From: an uncultured Saprospirales bacterium
Lineage (GTDB): Bacteria > Bacteroidota > Bacteroidia > Chitinophagales > CAJXBJ01
NCBI GenBank assembly: GCA_913050195.1
Contig: CAJXBJ010000004.1
Coordinates: forward strand, 1-51,995
DNA length: 51,995 bases
Direction of reading: 5' to 3'
Positions 20,201 to 29,327 of the stretch are shown here, piece after piece; positions within the stretch are counted from its first letter, which is position 1; the number at the start of each line of letters is the position of its first letter. The notes under the pieces are model-generated. The model was not told the origin of the DNA. It worked only from the letters and a program-made list of their open reading frames with translations, and did no database searches. The position numbers were made by a program, and so were the translations under genes.

Positions 20201-20461
20201 AACTACCAGGCAAAGGCAACCTTAGAAAGTATATTAGATAATTATGATGGCGAAGACCTAAGACAAATCGCAAAGGTTAAACTTGATAGCATAATTAGTG
20301 AAGAACAAAAAGAAGCCTTACCTATTATACCGAAAGATAGTTTAATAAATGAGCCATTCATTGTTGAAGATAGCAGCATATATATGGAATATGATACTAT
20401 AATCATGAATAATGGCGATACCATATTAATTGAAACTGAAATTGAAAAAGATGCAGAATAG
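17261..20461 (+). CDS. Large exported tetratricopeptide-repeat protein
   Basis: Signal peptide, then about 1000 aa of tandem TPR-like helical repeats (e.g. YYWLGEVSY...YKEAQDYFNRFL) and an acidic C-terminal tail. Confidence 0.9.
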   Translation: MKKSIFLLLALCLNISAFCNDGIEPNAFQSRYLKAKELYEQERYGPAKKVFEQLVSNFNDGYNHLELNTLSRYYIALCNYALKDKNTSNVIDDFLRDYPDHKLSEKLRFTKGKYKFDRKKYRASIQLFSMVDEKQLNNEELLELHFKRGYAHFYFKEFQNALTHFIEIRDIPSKYYYPCNYYIAYISYYNKDYDEALNSFYRVNVSKLYKKVVPYYIAQIYFIKGQYDKVIDYAMPLLKNPNFKYSLETTYLVGKSYFNTEDYHEALPYLRDYIKNAPKLIPTDIYNLGYSYYKVNNHTKAIKWLKQISDNKDSLSQNANYIIANAFLAENKQRDARAAFYKTKQINEDASLTEVAAYNHAKMSYELKLYEPAITDMTAFLDTYSESAYQKEGKELLSQMFIYTNNYQNAINVIESIEKPSPAVEEAYQRVCYLRAIELYKSNDASSSIKYFKKSLIQPLDKNLNASTYYWLGEVSYLNNRYKEAQDYFNRFLEIYPLANNLPINERPSFAYYALAYTYYRSGSFKDALVYFEKSISAFKTYSEEEKRNKLYLKTYPDVLLRAADCNFLVKNYRESMAYYSELIDGNYSDRDYAIFQTAILYGLGGNANPKKKIETLKVLLKDYSWSMYADDASFELGDTYFNNNQLDNAIDQFNKTIKDFGGSNYHRKALLKLALINYNKEDLISAESYCKNLLDQFPNSDETKEVVHILKDIYIQNGDPDGFLKLNESYSGINLSLEAQDSIMYYAAENQYIQQSCQKAIELFTKYLDHYPLGYFALNAHYYKAQCLLNDGQHQAAINNLEFVLEQGGSKYKETALTQLASIYHHENEDWTKALQLYSQLYIGTSNKTNKTKAIEGIIAANYNLKDYKNCLVYCEQLISDSSLNISNDAWLLYVMGQSYLNLNNLDTAYIYLDSLSKNHDIEQAVEGKYWMAYINFQKGEYETAKTQCFDFISNESSEEYWRVKSFILLADLFAIEKNNYQAKATLESILDNYDGEDLRQIAKVKLDSIISEEQKEALPIIPKDSLINEPFIVEDSSIYMEYDTIIMNNGDTILIETEIEKDAE

Positions 20462-22079
20462 ATTTTTCTCTCTAATACTCATATTTAGCATAAGTATATT
20501 TTTATTTGGTCAAGATTCTTTAAAGAATCAAAATGTTGAAATTTTAACCCCTTACAAACCAATTATTGATGATGCTGATAAAAAGCCTAATACTCCTTTA
20601 CCATTGAAAAAAATGGAAAGTAAGCAAAACACATTTAAATATAATTTACCAGATAAAATTTATCATCAAGATTATAAACCAAGCTCAATAAAAGCCATCG
20701 CATATCCTAAAGAAAGACTGAAAGAGTTAGGGAAAAATTATACTCGCTTTGGAATAGGCTATCCTTTAAATAGCTACTTGGATATTAGCTTAAACACAAA
20801 AAGAAACAAATACTATGAAAGTGGTGCTTTATTTTCTTTTAATCATTGGCAAGGCAAAATCAATGAACTTCAGAGAGAGTCAAATGCATCAACTCAATTA
20901 TATACGTTACGCTATTTTGAAACAATGGCCGTAGGAATCGATTTTAATTTAGACTTGAATGGTTATAATTACTATGGCATAGATAGTAGCTTAAACAATT
21001 TAGATGTAAATACATTTGAAGACCACAAACAAAACCTGACTAATGTAGATTTTGGTTTTAAGTTATTCAATCACCAAAAAAATTCATTTGGTTTAAACTA
21101 TAAAATAAATGGAGGGCTTAATTTATTTCAGGCAAAAGAACGATTAGAACAAAGTCGATTAATTTTCAATGCAGAACTAAAGAAAGACGTTTTTGACCAA
21201 GATGATATAAGTTTAAGTTTTGAGAATATATTTAATAGCACCTCATTTGACACAACATCATCTACACAAAACAATATGCATATAAGAGGTGTTTATTTCT
21301 ATAACAGAGAAAAACTACAAATCAAATTAGGGCTTAATACCGTTTTTGAAACGAATGAATCTTTATATATGGTTCCAGAATTATATAGTGAAACAAAATT
21401 GTTGAAAAATCATCTGATTTACTATACTGGCTGGACTGGCTATAAAAGAATTAATAATTTAAGTGAGATTTTTTCATTTAATCCTTTTGCATTCATAGAT
21501 AGCATACCACGAGCTACTAAGCATAACATAAAATATACTGGAGTAAAGGGTAAGATTAATCAAGATTTGTCTTACGTATTGAATGCTTCATATGATAATA
21601 TGAGAAATAAGCTTTTTTTTCATAGCTATAGTAATGATACTAGAAAATTTATCCCGGCTGCTATAAATGTAGATCTAGTTAATTTAAGCGCTGAATTAAG
21701 TATTAAAATTAATGAGCAATTCGAATGTATTTATAGAGGTGATTATTATGAATATGATATTGATACAGCTTTAGGAGAAGAAGCATGGCACATGCCTAAC
21801 TTTAAAATGGGTGTCTTGGCACGATATAGTATAAAAAATAAACTTAAATTAAGCTCAACCATAGATTATTGGGGACAAACAAAAAATAAAAATGCGGCTG
21901 GAAATGTTGAAAAAATAGAAGGATTTATAGATGCTAGCATAAATGCTAATTATATTTATCGTGAGAATATTTCTTTTATTATTTCTTTAAACAATTTGTT
22001 AGGTAAAACGTACAACCGTTGGGCAAATTATCCAGTCCTTGGCTTTAATGCTTTGGTAGGTGTCCATTTTTCTTTTTAA
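20451..22079 (+). CDS. Outer-membrane beta-barrel protein (TonB-dependent-receptor-like C-terminus)
   Basis: Signal peptide from ATG 20451, amphipathic strands, C-terminal LNNLLGKTY...GFNALVGVHFSF beta-signal. Confidence 0.8.
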   Translation: MQNRFFSLILIFSISIFLFGQDSLKNQNVEILTPYKPIIDDADKKPNTPLPLKKMESKQNTFKYNLPDKIYHQDYKPSSIKAIAYPKERLKELGKNYTRFGIGYPLNSYLDISLNTKRNKYYESGALFSFNHWQGKINELQRESNASTQLYTLRYFETMAVGIDFNLDLNGYNYYGIDSSLNNLDVNTFEDHKQNLTNVDFGFKLFNHQKNSFGLNYKINGGLNLFQAKERLEQSRLIFNAELKKDVFDQDDISLSFENIFNSTSFDTTSSTQNNMHIRGVYFYNREKLQIKLGLNTVFETNESLYMVPELYSETKLLKNHLIYYTGWTGYKRINNLSEIFSFNPFAFIDSIPRATKHNIKYTGVKGKINQDLSYVLNASYDNMRNKLFFHSYSNDTRKFIPAAINVDLVNLSAELSIKINEQFECIYRGDYYEYDIDTALGEEAWHMPNFKMGVLARYSIKNKLKLSSTIDYWGQTKNKNAAGNVEKIEGFIDASINANYIYRENISFIISLNNLLGKTYNRWANYPVLGFNALVGVHFSF

Positions 22080-22093
22080 ATTCGTAAATACAT

Positions 22094-23245
22094 ATGAGTA
22101 TAGCCTATCACATATCAGAATTACTGCATTCAAATGACTGTGTGATAATCCCTGAATTTGGTGGTTTTATACTTAATACGAAGCCTGCTAAAATCAATAA
22201 GGAGGACTGTTTAATTCACGCCCCTTATAAATCAATTAGCTTTAATAAAAATATTAAATTGAACGATGGCCTGATTACAAATAAAATCATGGCTAAAGAA
22301 GGTTTAAATTTTAAAGATGCAAATGATAAGATAAATGCATTTTCAAAAAAAATGCGAATAGATTTGCTAAACAACAAACTTATAAGCTTTCCTAGTATTG
22401 GGAAATTCTATTATGACATTGAAAATAGACTTCAATTTATCCCTCATCATACTAAAAACTACAGAATAGATTCTTTTGGTTTTCAACCAATTCAACTTAG
22501 AAAAATTGAACGCCCAGCAATAAAAGATTCTGTCAAAATTATACCATTACACCAACATGAAGAACTTAATAAAATGGATTTAAAAAAAGCTACGATATTG
22601 CAATTTGCTGCCATTTTGATACTTGTGTTTACACTAGTATTTCAACACAACATCTTTAATTTAAGCACTAAGGACGTTAAATCTGTTCAGATGAGTGATA
22701 TCTCCGATTCTTTTAAAAGTCTTACTACAGAAGAACAAGAGGACCCAATTATTAAAAACAAAGAAGAGATAGAAGAAGTAAACAAAGCTCTTAGTGAAGA
22801 AGTTGAAAGTCTTAGAAAAAGTTTGGATGAATTAAAAAATGCAATTCAGAAAGATTCCGCTTTAAATGAACGGTTTTATCCAAGCTCAGATAGCACTCTA
22901 AGTAAAGAAACCAAAGATGTGAAAGAATCTATAGAACCAAGCTTGAAAGAGAACCCATTACATATACCTTCACCAAAACATGAGGCAAATACGCCTATTC
23001 AAATTAATGCTGAAAACTTTAATAATATTTATATTGTTGTTTCTGCATTTAGGATTAAAGAAAAAGCTGAATTAACCGCAATGAATCTGAAGAAAAAGGG
23101 CTATAACGTTAATATTCTAAAAACAGAAACAGGATGGTATAGAGTAGCTATTTCAAATTTTGCTGGATTAAAGCAAGCGAAAGGAGCCTTAGATAAAATG
23201 AAAAAAACGGTTAATAAAGGTAGTTGGATTCTTGCTAAGTCATGA
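22094..23245 (+). CDS. HU-CCDC81-like domains + TM helix + coiled coil + SPOR domain protein
   Basis: N-terminal ISELL..DCVIIPEFGGF...ISFN...NDGLI and FPSIGKF; TM ILQFAAILILVFTLVF; C-terminal YIVVSAFR..A...LKKKGY....WYRVAI SPOR pattern. Confidence 0.82.
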   Translation: MSIAYHISELLHSNDCVIIPEFGGFILNTKPAKINKEDCLIHAPYKSISFNKNIKLNDGLITNKIMAKEGLNFKDANDKINAFSKKMRIDLLNNKLISFPSIGKFYYDIENRLQFIPHHTKNYRIDSFGFQPIQLRKIERPAIKDSVKIIPLHQHEELNKMDLKKATILQFAAILILVFTLVFQHNIFNLSTKDVKSVQMSDISDSFKSLTTEEQEDPIIKNKEEIEEVNKALSEEVESLRKSLDELKNAIQKDSALNERFYPSSDSTLSKETKDVKESIEPSLKENPLHIPSPKHEANTPIQINAENFNNIYIVVSAFRIKEKAELTAMNLKKKGYNVNILKTETGWYRVAISNFAGLKQAKGALDKMKKTVNKGSWILAKS

Positions 23246-24160
23246 ATTAACACTTAGGCGATTTTTATTTTCCACAATACTAGTATTTAGTTCAAAACCA
23301 ACTAGAATACTCAAAGAGTTAAAGTAAAACCATAACATTATTATTATTATGGCTCCCAATGATCCATAAAATTTATTGTATTGGCTAAAGTGATTCACGT
23401 AATAAGAGAATACTCCTGATGACAAAAGACACAATAAGGTTGCAAACATTGCCCCTACTGAAAACATACCCCATTTTTTATTTGCAGCAACACCATATCT
23501 ATAAAGCAAAGCAATTGCAAAATAGATAGAAGAAAATATTAAACCCCATCTTAACAACTCTAAGGAATAAAACAATAACGTATTTTGATTTATGGAAAAA
23601 GTATCAAACGCCTTTGTTAAAGCCCACCCTCCGCTAATCATTAGGACTAATGCAGCCAATACTAATAGAGACAACATTAAGATTAATAAAAAGGAAACAT
23701 AAAAGTCCTGTAATATGTTACGATGCTTAAATGTTGGTAGGTTTTTATTAAATGACGCTATTGCACACCTAATGCCATTAACAGCAAAATAGGTTGTAAT
23801 TAAAAAACTAAATGACAATAATCCTCCCCGTTCTTCCAATAAAATATTTTTTACCGTTGACTCAATTAGAATATATGCCTCAGCTGGCATAAAACGTTCC
23901 ATATTCCCCAAAACCATAGAACCTAAATCATCAACCGGTATATACGGAAAAAGACTAAAAAGAAATATTATAGCTGGCAAAAGAGCTATAAATAAATTAA
24001 ACGCCATTGCTGTCGCGCGTAATGTAATATCCTCATTTTTTATTTCTTTAATAAAAAAGGAAGCTACATCATAAATAGGAATACCCTGCAACCCTATAAA
24101 ACTGATTTTCTTAGCCTTTAATATCCAATAACGGAAATATTTTTTTACTCTAGATTTCAT
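23240..24160 (-). CDS. YihY/BrkB-family inner-membrane protein
   Basis: RATAMAFNLFIALLP and YNKFYGSLGAIIIIMLWFY...GFELN motifs. Confidence 0.92.
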   Translation of the reverse strand: MKSRVKKYFRYWILKAKKISFIGLQGIPIYDVASFFIKEIKNEDITLRATAMAFNLFIALLPAIIFLFSLFPYIPVDDLGSMVLGNMERFMPAEAYILIESTVKNILLEERGGLLSFSFLITTYFAVNGIRCAIASFNKNLPTFKHRNILQDFYVSFLLILMLSLLVLAALVLMISGGWALTKAFDTFSINQNTLLFYSLELLRWGLIFSSIYFAIALLYRYGVAANKKWGMFSVGAMFATLLCLLSSGVFSYYVNHFSQYNKFYGSLGAIIIIMLWFYFNSLSILVGFELNTSIVENKNRLSVNS

Positions 24161-24173
24161 GACTTTTTTAAGC

Positions 24174-27100
24174 CTAAATTTCTATTCCAATAATCAAAAT
24201 ATCATCTGTTTGCTCAACTTTTCCTTTCCATTCATTGAACACTTGCCTTAAATATTTTTCTTGCTCAACCATCGGCATTTTAGACATGCTTAAGAGTAAA
24301 TTTTTATATTTCTTTCTTAGAAATTTTTTGTCTTTGACCCCATTGCCCCCAAACTGGTCTTGATAACCATCGCTATTTATATAAATACGATCACCTTTTT
24401 TAATTGATATTTTATGATTGGTAAAACGCACATTATCAACAAAATCATCATGGCCTACCGGAAAATAATCCCCTTTAACAACACTTAAACTATTGTCCCT
24501 TACTAAATAAAGGTCATTTAAAGCACCACTAAAATCTAGTTCCATTTTATTAAAGTCAATACGTAAGAAACCAACATCCATACCATCTTTAGTAGCATTT
24601 TCTTTTTGACGCAGACTCTGAATAATTTTTGAATGAAGTGCATTTAATATTTTTGCGGGCTGATATATCTTTTCATTATGTATAATCTCATTTAGCAAGG
24701 TAGTTCCAATAATTGACATAAAAGCTCCTGGCACACCATGACCTGTACAGTCAATAGCTCCAATCAAAAGATTATTTTCTGTAAAACTATGCCAATAAAA
24801 ATCACCGCTTACAACATCCTTTGGTTGAAATAGAATGAAGCTATCTGGAAACTTTGTGAAATAAGTTTCATTATTGGGCAAAACAGCGGATTGAATACGC
24901 TTAGCATAATTAATACTGTCATTTAAATCACGTGTTTGAATTTTTACTAACTCAGCTAGCTTTTTACGATCCTCCTCTAAAATCCTTACACGATATCTAT
25001 AAGCAAAGAAAATACTAAAGGCAAAAATGATTACTGAAATAAATATAACATCTAGCCTCTTATACCATGGCTTAGCAATTCTAAAATCAAAGCTAACAAC
25101 CTCTTTTGAACAATTATTGTTACGATCACATACTCTTAAAGAAAATGTATATTGACCGGGAATTAAAGAAGGATAATCCCTATAATTGGTTCTAGCCTCA
25201 GTCCATTCCTCATTAATTGCACCCGTCATACGATATTCTATACGAGGTCCTTCTGGATTCTTATAAGTTAATCCTACAAAGCTAAAAGTTAAATAATTAT
25301 CACTATTAGCTAAAAGCAAGCTTTTAGGCATTCCTTGTGAATCTAAACTATCAATATCATAATCCTCTTTCCAGTCTGGCACTTTGTTATGAATTTTAAT
25401 TCCAGTTATATACAGCTTAGGATTTTCTTTAAAACTTGTACTCTTCGCATCAAACTTAATACCTCCAGAAACTGTTCCAAACCATACATTACCAGAATTA
25501 TCCTTATATATTGATCTTGGATTACATTCTTTTCCATGAAAGCCTTCCATTTCTCCAAATGAAGATAGCTTCAAATTCTCAGAATCATTAAATAAGCTCA
25601 CATTGAAACGTTGTACGTTTTTTTCAGTACTCACCCATAAATCTTGCTTATCATCCAAACATATACCCAATACTTTATCTGATTGTAAACCTTGTTCTTG
25701 ACCTATTTTAATAGGCTCTATCCTATTCTCATTTAACTTATATCTCAATATCCCATTTCCAAATGTAGCTACCCATAAAAACCCATCAGCATCCTCTTGC
25801 ATACCAAATACAGGGAAATTTATATCTCCAGATTCAATATAGGATTCAAACTTTCCTTTATTCCAATTTAGAATTCCATTTTGAGTGCCAAATAAAAGCG
25901 TTCCATCCTTTAGTTCACATATGGTGTAAACTATATTCTGCATCATACCTTTATTTTTATAATGATAAAACTTATCATAATTATAACGATAAATGCCTTG
26001 ACCAAATGTTCCAAACCATACATCTCCTTTCTGATCAGCGTGCGCTGACAAAAAGGATTTACCACTTATTCCTTTGGATTTGTCATATTTCATGAATGAC
26101 TTACCATCATAGCATATTATACCCTGAGAATTAGAAGCAAACCAAATTTTACCAGATGCATCTTCTGTAATATCATAGATATTATCCAAGTCCATCGTTT
26201 TCGTACCATAATCACTTATAATTCCATTTTTCAAATAACTTATACCCGCATCCGATCCAAACCAATAGCCTCCTTTTTTATCTTGATGAATACTTAAAAC
26301 AAAATTACTATTAAGGCCTGCTTGTTGATTATAGTTTATAAATTGCTCACCTCTAAAAATACTTATCTTTTGATCCTTAGTGCTAATCCAAAGATTATTC
26401 TCATGGTCTACACATAGTTTATAAATACTTCTGCTATACAACCCATTATCTTCATTATAATTCACAAAACTTTGTCCATCGAATTTCCAAAGTCCACTTT
26501 GTCCACTTGCCAACCAAATCACGCCTGATTTATCCTCAACTATATCATTAATAATCTCACCATTATAAGATTCTCCCAAGTTAATTGTCTCTAATACACT
26601 AGCACTATTGCTACTCAACCTATATACTCCTCCATCATATGCACCAATCCACAGTTCTCTTTTTTTGGACATAATTAAGCACTTAACACTAAAATCAATG
26701 GTCTGTTCTTTCTCAAGATGTGTTTCTTTAGTCATACTTGATTTATCAAAACGGTAAAGCCCTTTATCCGAACCAATCCATTTAATATTATTTTGATCTA
26801 CATAAACACAAAAAACTTGCTCCTCTTGCTTCAAATGATATAGAGCCGTCCTATCCTTATATTTTTTAATTTGAAATATACCTGAGGATGTACCTACATA
26901 AATATCACCTTCTTGATCCTTGGCTAAAGAAAATATCCTAAGGTTCTCAAGTTTATCCCAACCTCCTAAACTAATATTTACTGCCCTATTATTCTTTTTA
27001 TAAAATAAACCGCGTGCAGTACCAATCCAAAATCCCAAATTATCATCTTCAAGCACACACATAACCCTATCGTCCTGCAAACCATTTTTTTGATTGTAAT

Positions 27101-27311
27101 AATCAAATTCAAGGCCATTATAGCTAACCAATCCGGCCCCATTTAATCCAAAATGCATATACCCTCGCTCATCTTGAATTATTGATGAGACATAATTAAA
27201 GTCCTTTGAAGGGTCAAATTCAATGTGCTGAAAATTATAAACTTGCGCCCAAATAAAAAGACTATTACAAAAGAGTAAAATGGAGAATAAAAGATGTCGC
27301 TTGATGAACAT
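24174..27311 (-). CDS. Membrane sensor: Reg_prop beta-propellers + Y_Y_Y + TM + SpoIIE/PP2C phosphatase
   Basis: Repeated EDxxGxxWxGT propeller blades; YPSLIPGQYTFSLRV; TM helix; SINYAKRIQ, PKDVVSGDFYW, DCTGHGVPGAFMS, SDGYQDQFGG and QTDDI motifs. Confidence 0.9.
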   Translation of the reverse strand: MFIKRHLLFSILLFCNSLFIWAQVYNFQHIEFDPSKDFNYVSSIIQDERGYMHFGLNGAGLVSYNGLEFDYYNQKNGLQDDRVMCVLEDDNLGFWIGTARGLFYKKNNRAVNISLGGWDKLENLRIFSLAKDQEGDIYVGTSSGIFQIKKYKDRTALYHLKQEEQVFCVYVDQNNIKWIGSDKGLYRFDKSSMTKETHLEKEQTIDFSVKCLIMSKKRELWIGAYDGGVYRLSSNSASVLETINLGESYNGEIINDIVEDKSGVIWLASGQSGLWKFDGQSFVNYNEDNGLYSRSIYKLCVDHENNLWISTKDQKISIFRGEQFINYNQQAGLNSNFVLSIHQDKKGGYWFGSDAGISYLKNGIISDYGTKTMDLDNIYDITEDASGKIWFASNSQGIICYDGKSFMKYDKSKGISGKSFLSAHADQKGDVWFGTFGQGIYRYNYDKFYHYKNKGMMQNIVYTICELKDGTLLFGTQNGILNWNKGKFESYIESGDINFPVFGMQEDADGFLWVATFGNGILRYKLNENRIEPIKIGQEQGLQSDKVLGICLDDKQDLWVSTEKNVQRFNVSLFNDSENLKLSSFGEMEGFHGKECNPRSIYKDNSGNVWFGTVSGGIKFDAKSTSFKENPKLYITGIKIHNKVPDWKEDYDIDSLDSQGMPKSLLLANSDNYLTFSFVGLTYKNPEGPRIEYRMTGAINEEWTEARTNYRDYPSLIPGQYTFSLRVCDRNNNCSKEVVSFDFRIAKPWYKRLDVIFISVIIFAFSIFFAYRYRVRILEEDRKKLAELVKIQTRDLNDSINYAKRIQSAVLPNNETYFTKFPDSFILFQPKDVVSGDFYWHSFTENNLLIGAIDCTGHGVPGAFMSIIGTTLLNEIIHNEKIYQPAKILNALHSKIIQSLRQKENATKDGMDVGFLRIDFNKMELDFSGALNDLYLVRDNSLSVVKGDYFPVGHDDFVDNVRFTNHKISIKKGDRIYINSDGYQDQFGGNGVKDKKFLRKKYKNLLLSMSKMPMVEQEKYLRQVFNEWKGKVEQTDDILIIGIEI

Positions 27312-27349
27312 ATAAGTGAGTCAACAAATTCAATACTGAAAATAAGAAT

Positions 27350-27387
27350 ATTTATTGATTAAAATCCATGCAAAATCAATAAATTTG
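27350..27387. promoter_or_regulatory. 11-bp inverted repeat overlapping the -7 element of the ftsX operon
   Basis: ATTTATTGATT(27350-27360)/AATCAATAAAT(27374-27384); TAAATTTG at 27380-27387. Confidence 0.45.
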
Positions 27388-27406
27388 TTCTTGATTAATT
27401 CAAGTT

Positions 27407-28279
27407 ATGCCAACACAAGCGGGAAAATCAACAAAAAGATATAAACCAAATTACATATATTCTATAATAAGTGTAGCCCTTGTTTTATACTTACTTGGCA
27501 CATTTGGCTTTATTATAATTCACACTCAAAAGCTTACAACTTATTTTAAAGAAAACATTATAATTTCTGTAGAACTAAAAGATCATGTTAATAGTAGTGA
27601 TCGTCGTAAGCTCCAAAAGTTATTGGAACAGGAAAAAGGAATTAAAAAAAGCGTATTTGTTTCTAAAGAAGATGCTGCAAATAGGCTTGAAGAATCAATT
27701 AAAGAAGAGTTTGTTGAGTTGTTGGGTCACAACCCATTATATGATGCTTTTGAGCTGAATATATATGCAGATTATGCAAGAGAAGATAGTCTAAATGTAT
27801 TGGAATCTACTGTGCTAGAATGGCCGATTGTTAAGAATATACATTTTGATAATACTCTTATTAAGAGTATTGATATAAAAACAAAAATGGTTGGAGCTGT
27901 CATTCTAGGCATTAGTATTATTCTGCTGTTAATAACATTGACCTTAATTAATAGCACTATTCGACTATCAATGTATTCGCAACGTTTTTTAATTAAGTCG
28001 CAACAATTGGTTGGTGCTACATCCTCATTTATAATTCGTCCTTTTGTTTCTAAAGCTGTGATTCATGGACTATTTTCTGGAATTATCGCTTCAATAGGGT
28101 TAGCAGTTTCGTTATATTATGCACAAAGTTTTTTACCAGAGTTAGAAATATTGCAAGACATTAAGCTTTATTTTACTCTTGTATTGTCAGTTTTAATTGT
28201 TGGCATATTAATTTCATGGATTAGCACTATATTCTCAGTAAAAAAATATTTAGGGATGAAGTTAGATGCCCTATATTAA
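27407..28279 (+). CDS. ftsX: Cell division protein FtsX
   Basis: N-terminal TM, periplasmic domain (FVSKEDA, LGHNPL), LINSTIRLSMYSQRFLIKSQQLVGAT...IIRPF. Confidence 0.92.
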   Translation: MPTQAGKSTKRYKPNYIYSIISVALVLYLLGTFGFIIIHTQKLTTYFKENIIISVELKDHVNSSDRRKLQKLLEQEKGIKKSVFVSKEDAANRLEESIKEEFVELLGHNPLYDAFELNIYADYAREDSLNVLESTVLEWPIVKNIHFDNTLIKSIDIKTKMVGAVILGISIILLLITLTLINSTIRLSMYSQRFLIKSQQLVGATSSFIIRPFVSKAVIHGLFSGIIASIGLAVSLYYAQSFLPELEILQDIKLYFTLVLSVLIVGILISWISTIFSVKKYLGMKLDALY

Positions 28280-28290
28280 AACACATTTAT

Positions 28291-28530
28291 ATGAAAGAAA
28301 GCAACGACGACACATTCCTTTTTGACAAAGAAAATTATATCCTAATGATAGTTGGTGTATTAGTAATAGCATTAGGGTTTTTTCTCATGGCAGGAGGAAA
28401 AAGTGAAGACCCAAATATCTTTAATCCAGAGGAGGTTTACAGCTTTCAACGAATAACTGTAGCTCCTATAGTAGTTATTACTGGTTTTATTATAGAGACA
28501 TACGCAATCTTCCATAAAGCAAAGAAATAA
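28291..28530 (+). CDS. DUF3098-family small membrane protein
   Basis: KENYILM..G...GFFLMAGG...FNPE...RITVAP; usual position between ftsX and uppP. Confidence 0.85.
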   Translation: MKESNDDTFLFDKENYILMIVGVLVIALGFFLMAGGKSEDPNIFNPEEVYSFQRITVAPIVVITGFIIETYAIFHKAKK

Positions 28531-28538
28531 ATTAAAAA

Positions 28539-29327
28539 ATGGATAGCTTAGATGCGCTGATTCTAGGAATCATCCAAGGATTATGTGAGTTTTTACCCGT
28601 TAGTAGCAGTGGCCATCTTGAAATAGGAAAAGTCATTCTGCTAAAAGAGATTAAAGAAGATCTCAGTTTCACTCTTATGGTTCATGCAGCCACTGTATTA
28701 AGTACTATGGTTGTTTTGCACAAAGATATTTTGGATTTAATTAAAGGGAGCTTTAGTCTTAAACTTAATGAAAAAAACACCTATCTATTAAAGATTATTG
28801 TTTCTATGATTCCCGTGGTTATTGTAGGCCTATTCTTTAAAGATCAGCTAGAAAGCCTTTTTACTGGTAATTTAGTGTTGGTTGGCAGCATGCTTATTAT
28901 AACGTCATTACTGCTATCTTTCACCTATTACTTCAAAAGAACAGAAGGCAATATTAGCTTTAGTAAAGCAATTATAATAGGCATAGCCCAAGCTGTAGCT
29001 GTACTGCCAGGGATTTCTAGATCTGGCTCTACAATTGCAATGGCTATAGTATTAGGAATTGATAAAGAAAAAGCTGCAAAATTTTCTTTTCTTATGGTCT
29101 TATTGCCTATTCTAGGAGCTAGTTGTAAAGAGCTTTTGGATGGTGGATTGGATACAAATAATTTGCTCACTAAAGAAATGTTAATTGGATTTCTTAGTGC
29201 ATTCATATCTGGAATTATAGCCTGTAAGTTTATGCTTAAGATCGTTAAAGAGGGCAAATTAATATACTTTGGAATATACTGTGCATTGGCTGGTTTAACC
29301 TCATTAATAATAGGACTAAATGCTTGA
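28539..29327 (+). CDS. uppP: Undecaprenyl-diphosphatase (BacA)
   Basis: QGLCEFLPVSSSGH and AQAVAVLPGISRSGST motifs. Confidence 0.95.
   Translation: MDSLDALILGIIQGLCEFLPVSSSGHLEIGKVILLKEIKEDLSFTLMVHAATVLSTMVVLHKDILDLIKGSFSLKLNEKNTYLLKIIVSMIPVVIVGLFFKDQLESLFTGNLVLVGSMLIITSLLLSFTYYFKRTEGNISFSKAIIIGIAQAVAVLPGISRSGSTIAMAIVLGIDKEKAAKFSFLMVLLPILGASCKELLDGGLDTNNLLTKEMLIGFLSAFISGIIACKFMLKIVKEGKLIYFGIYCALAGLTSLIIGLNA

Noticed and set aside
12303-20424. Short ORFs 12303-12488(-), 15823-16086(-) and 20242-20424(-)
   Set aside because: Shadow ORFs inside the FadL-like, T9SS cargo and TPR genes.
27407-28279. ftsX without adjacent ftsE
   Set aside because: Separation of ftsE and ftsX is common in Bacteroidota.
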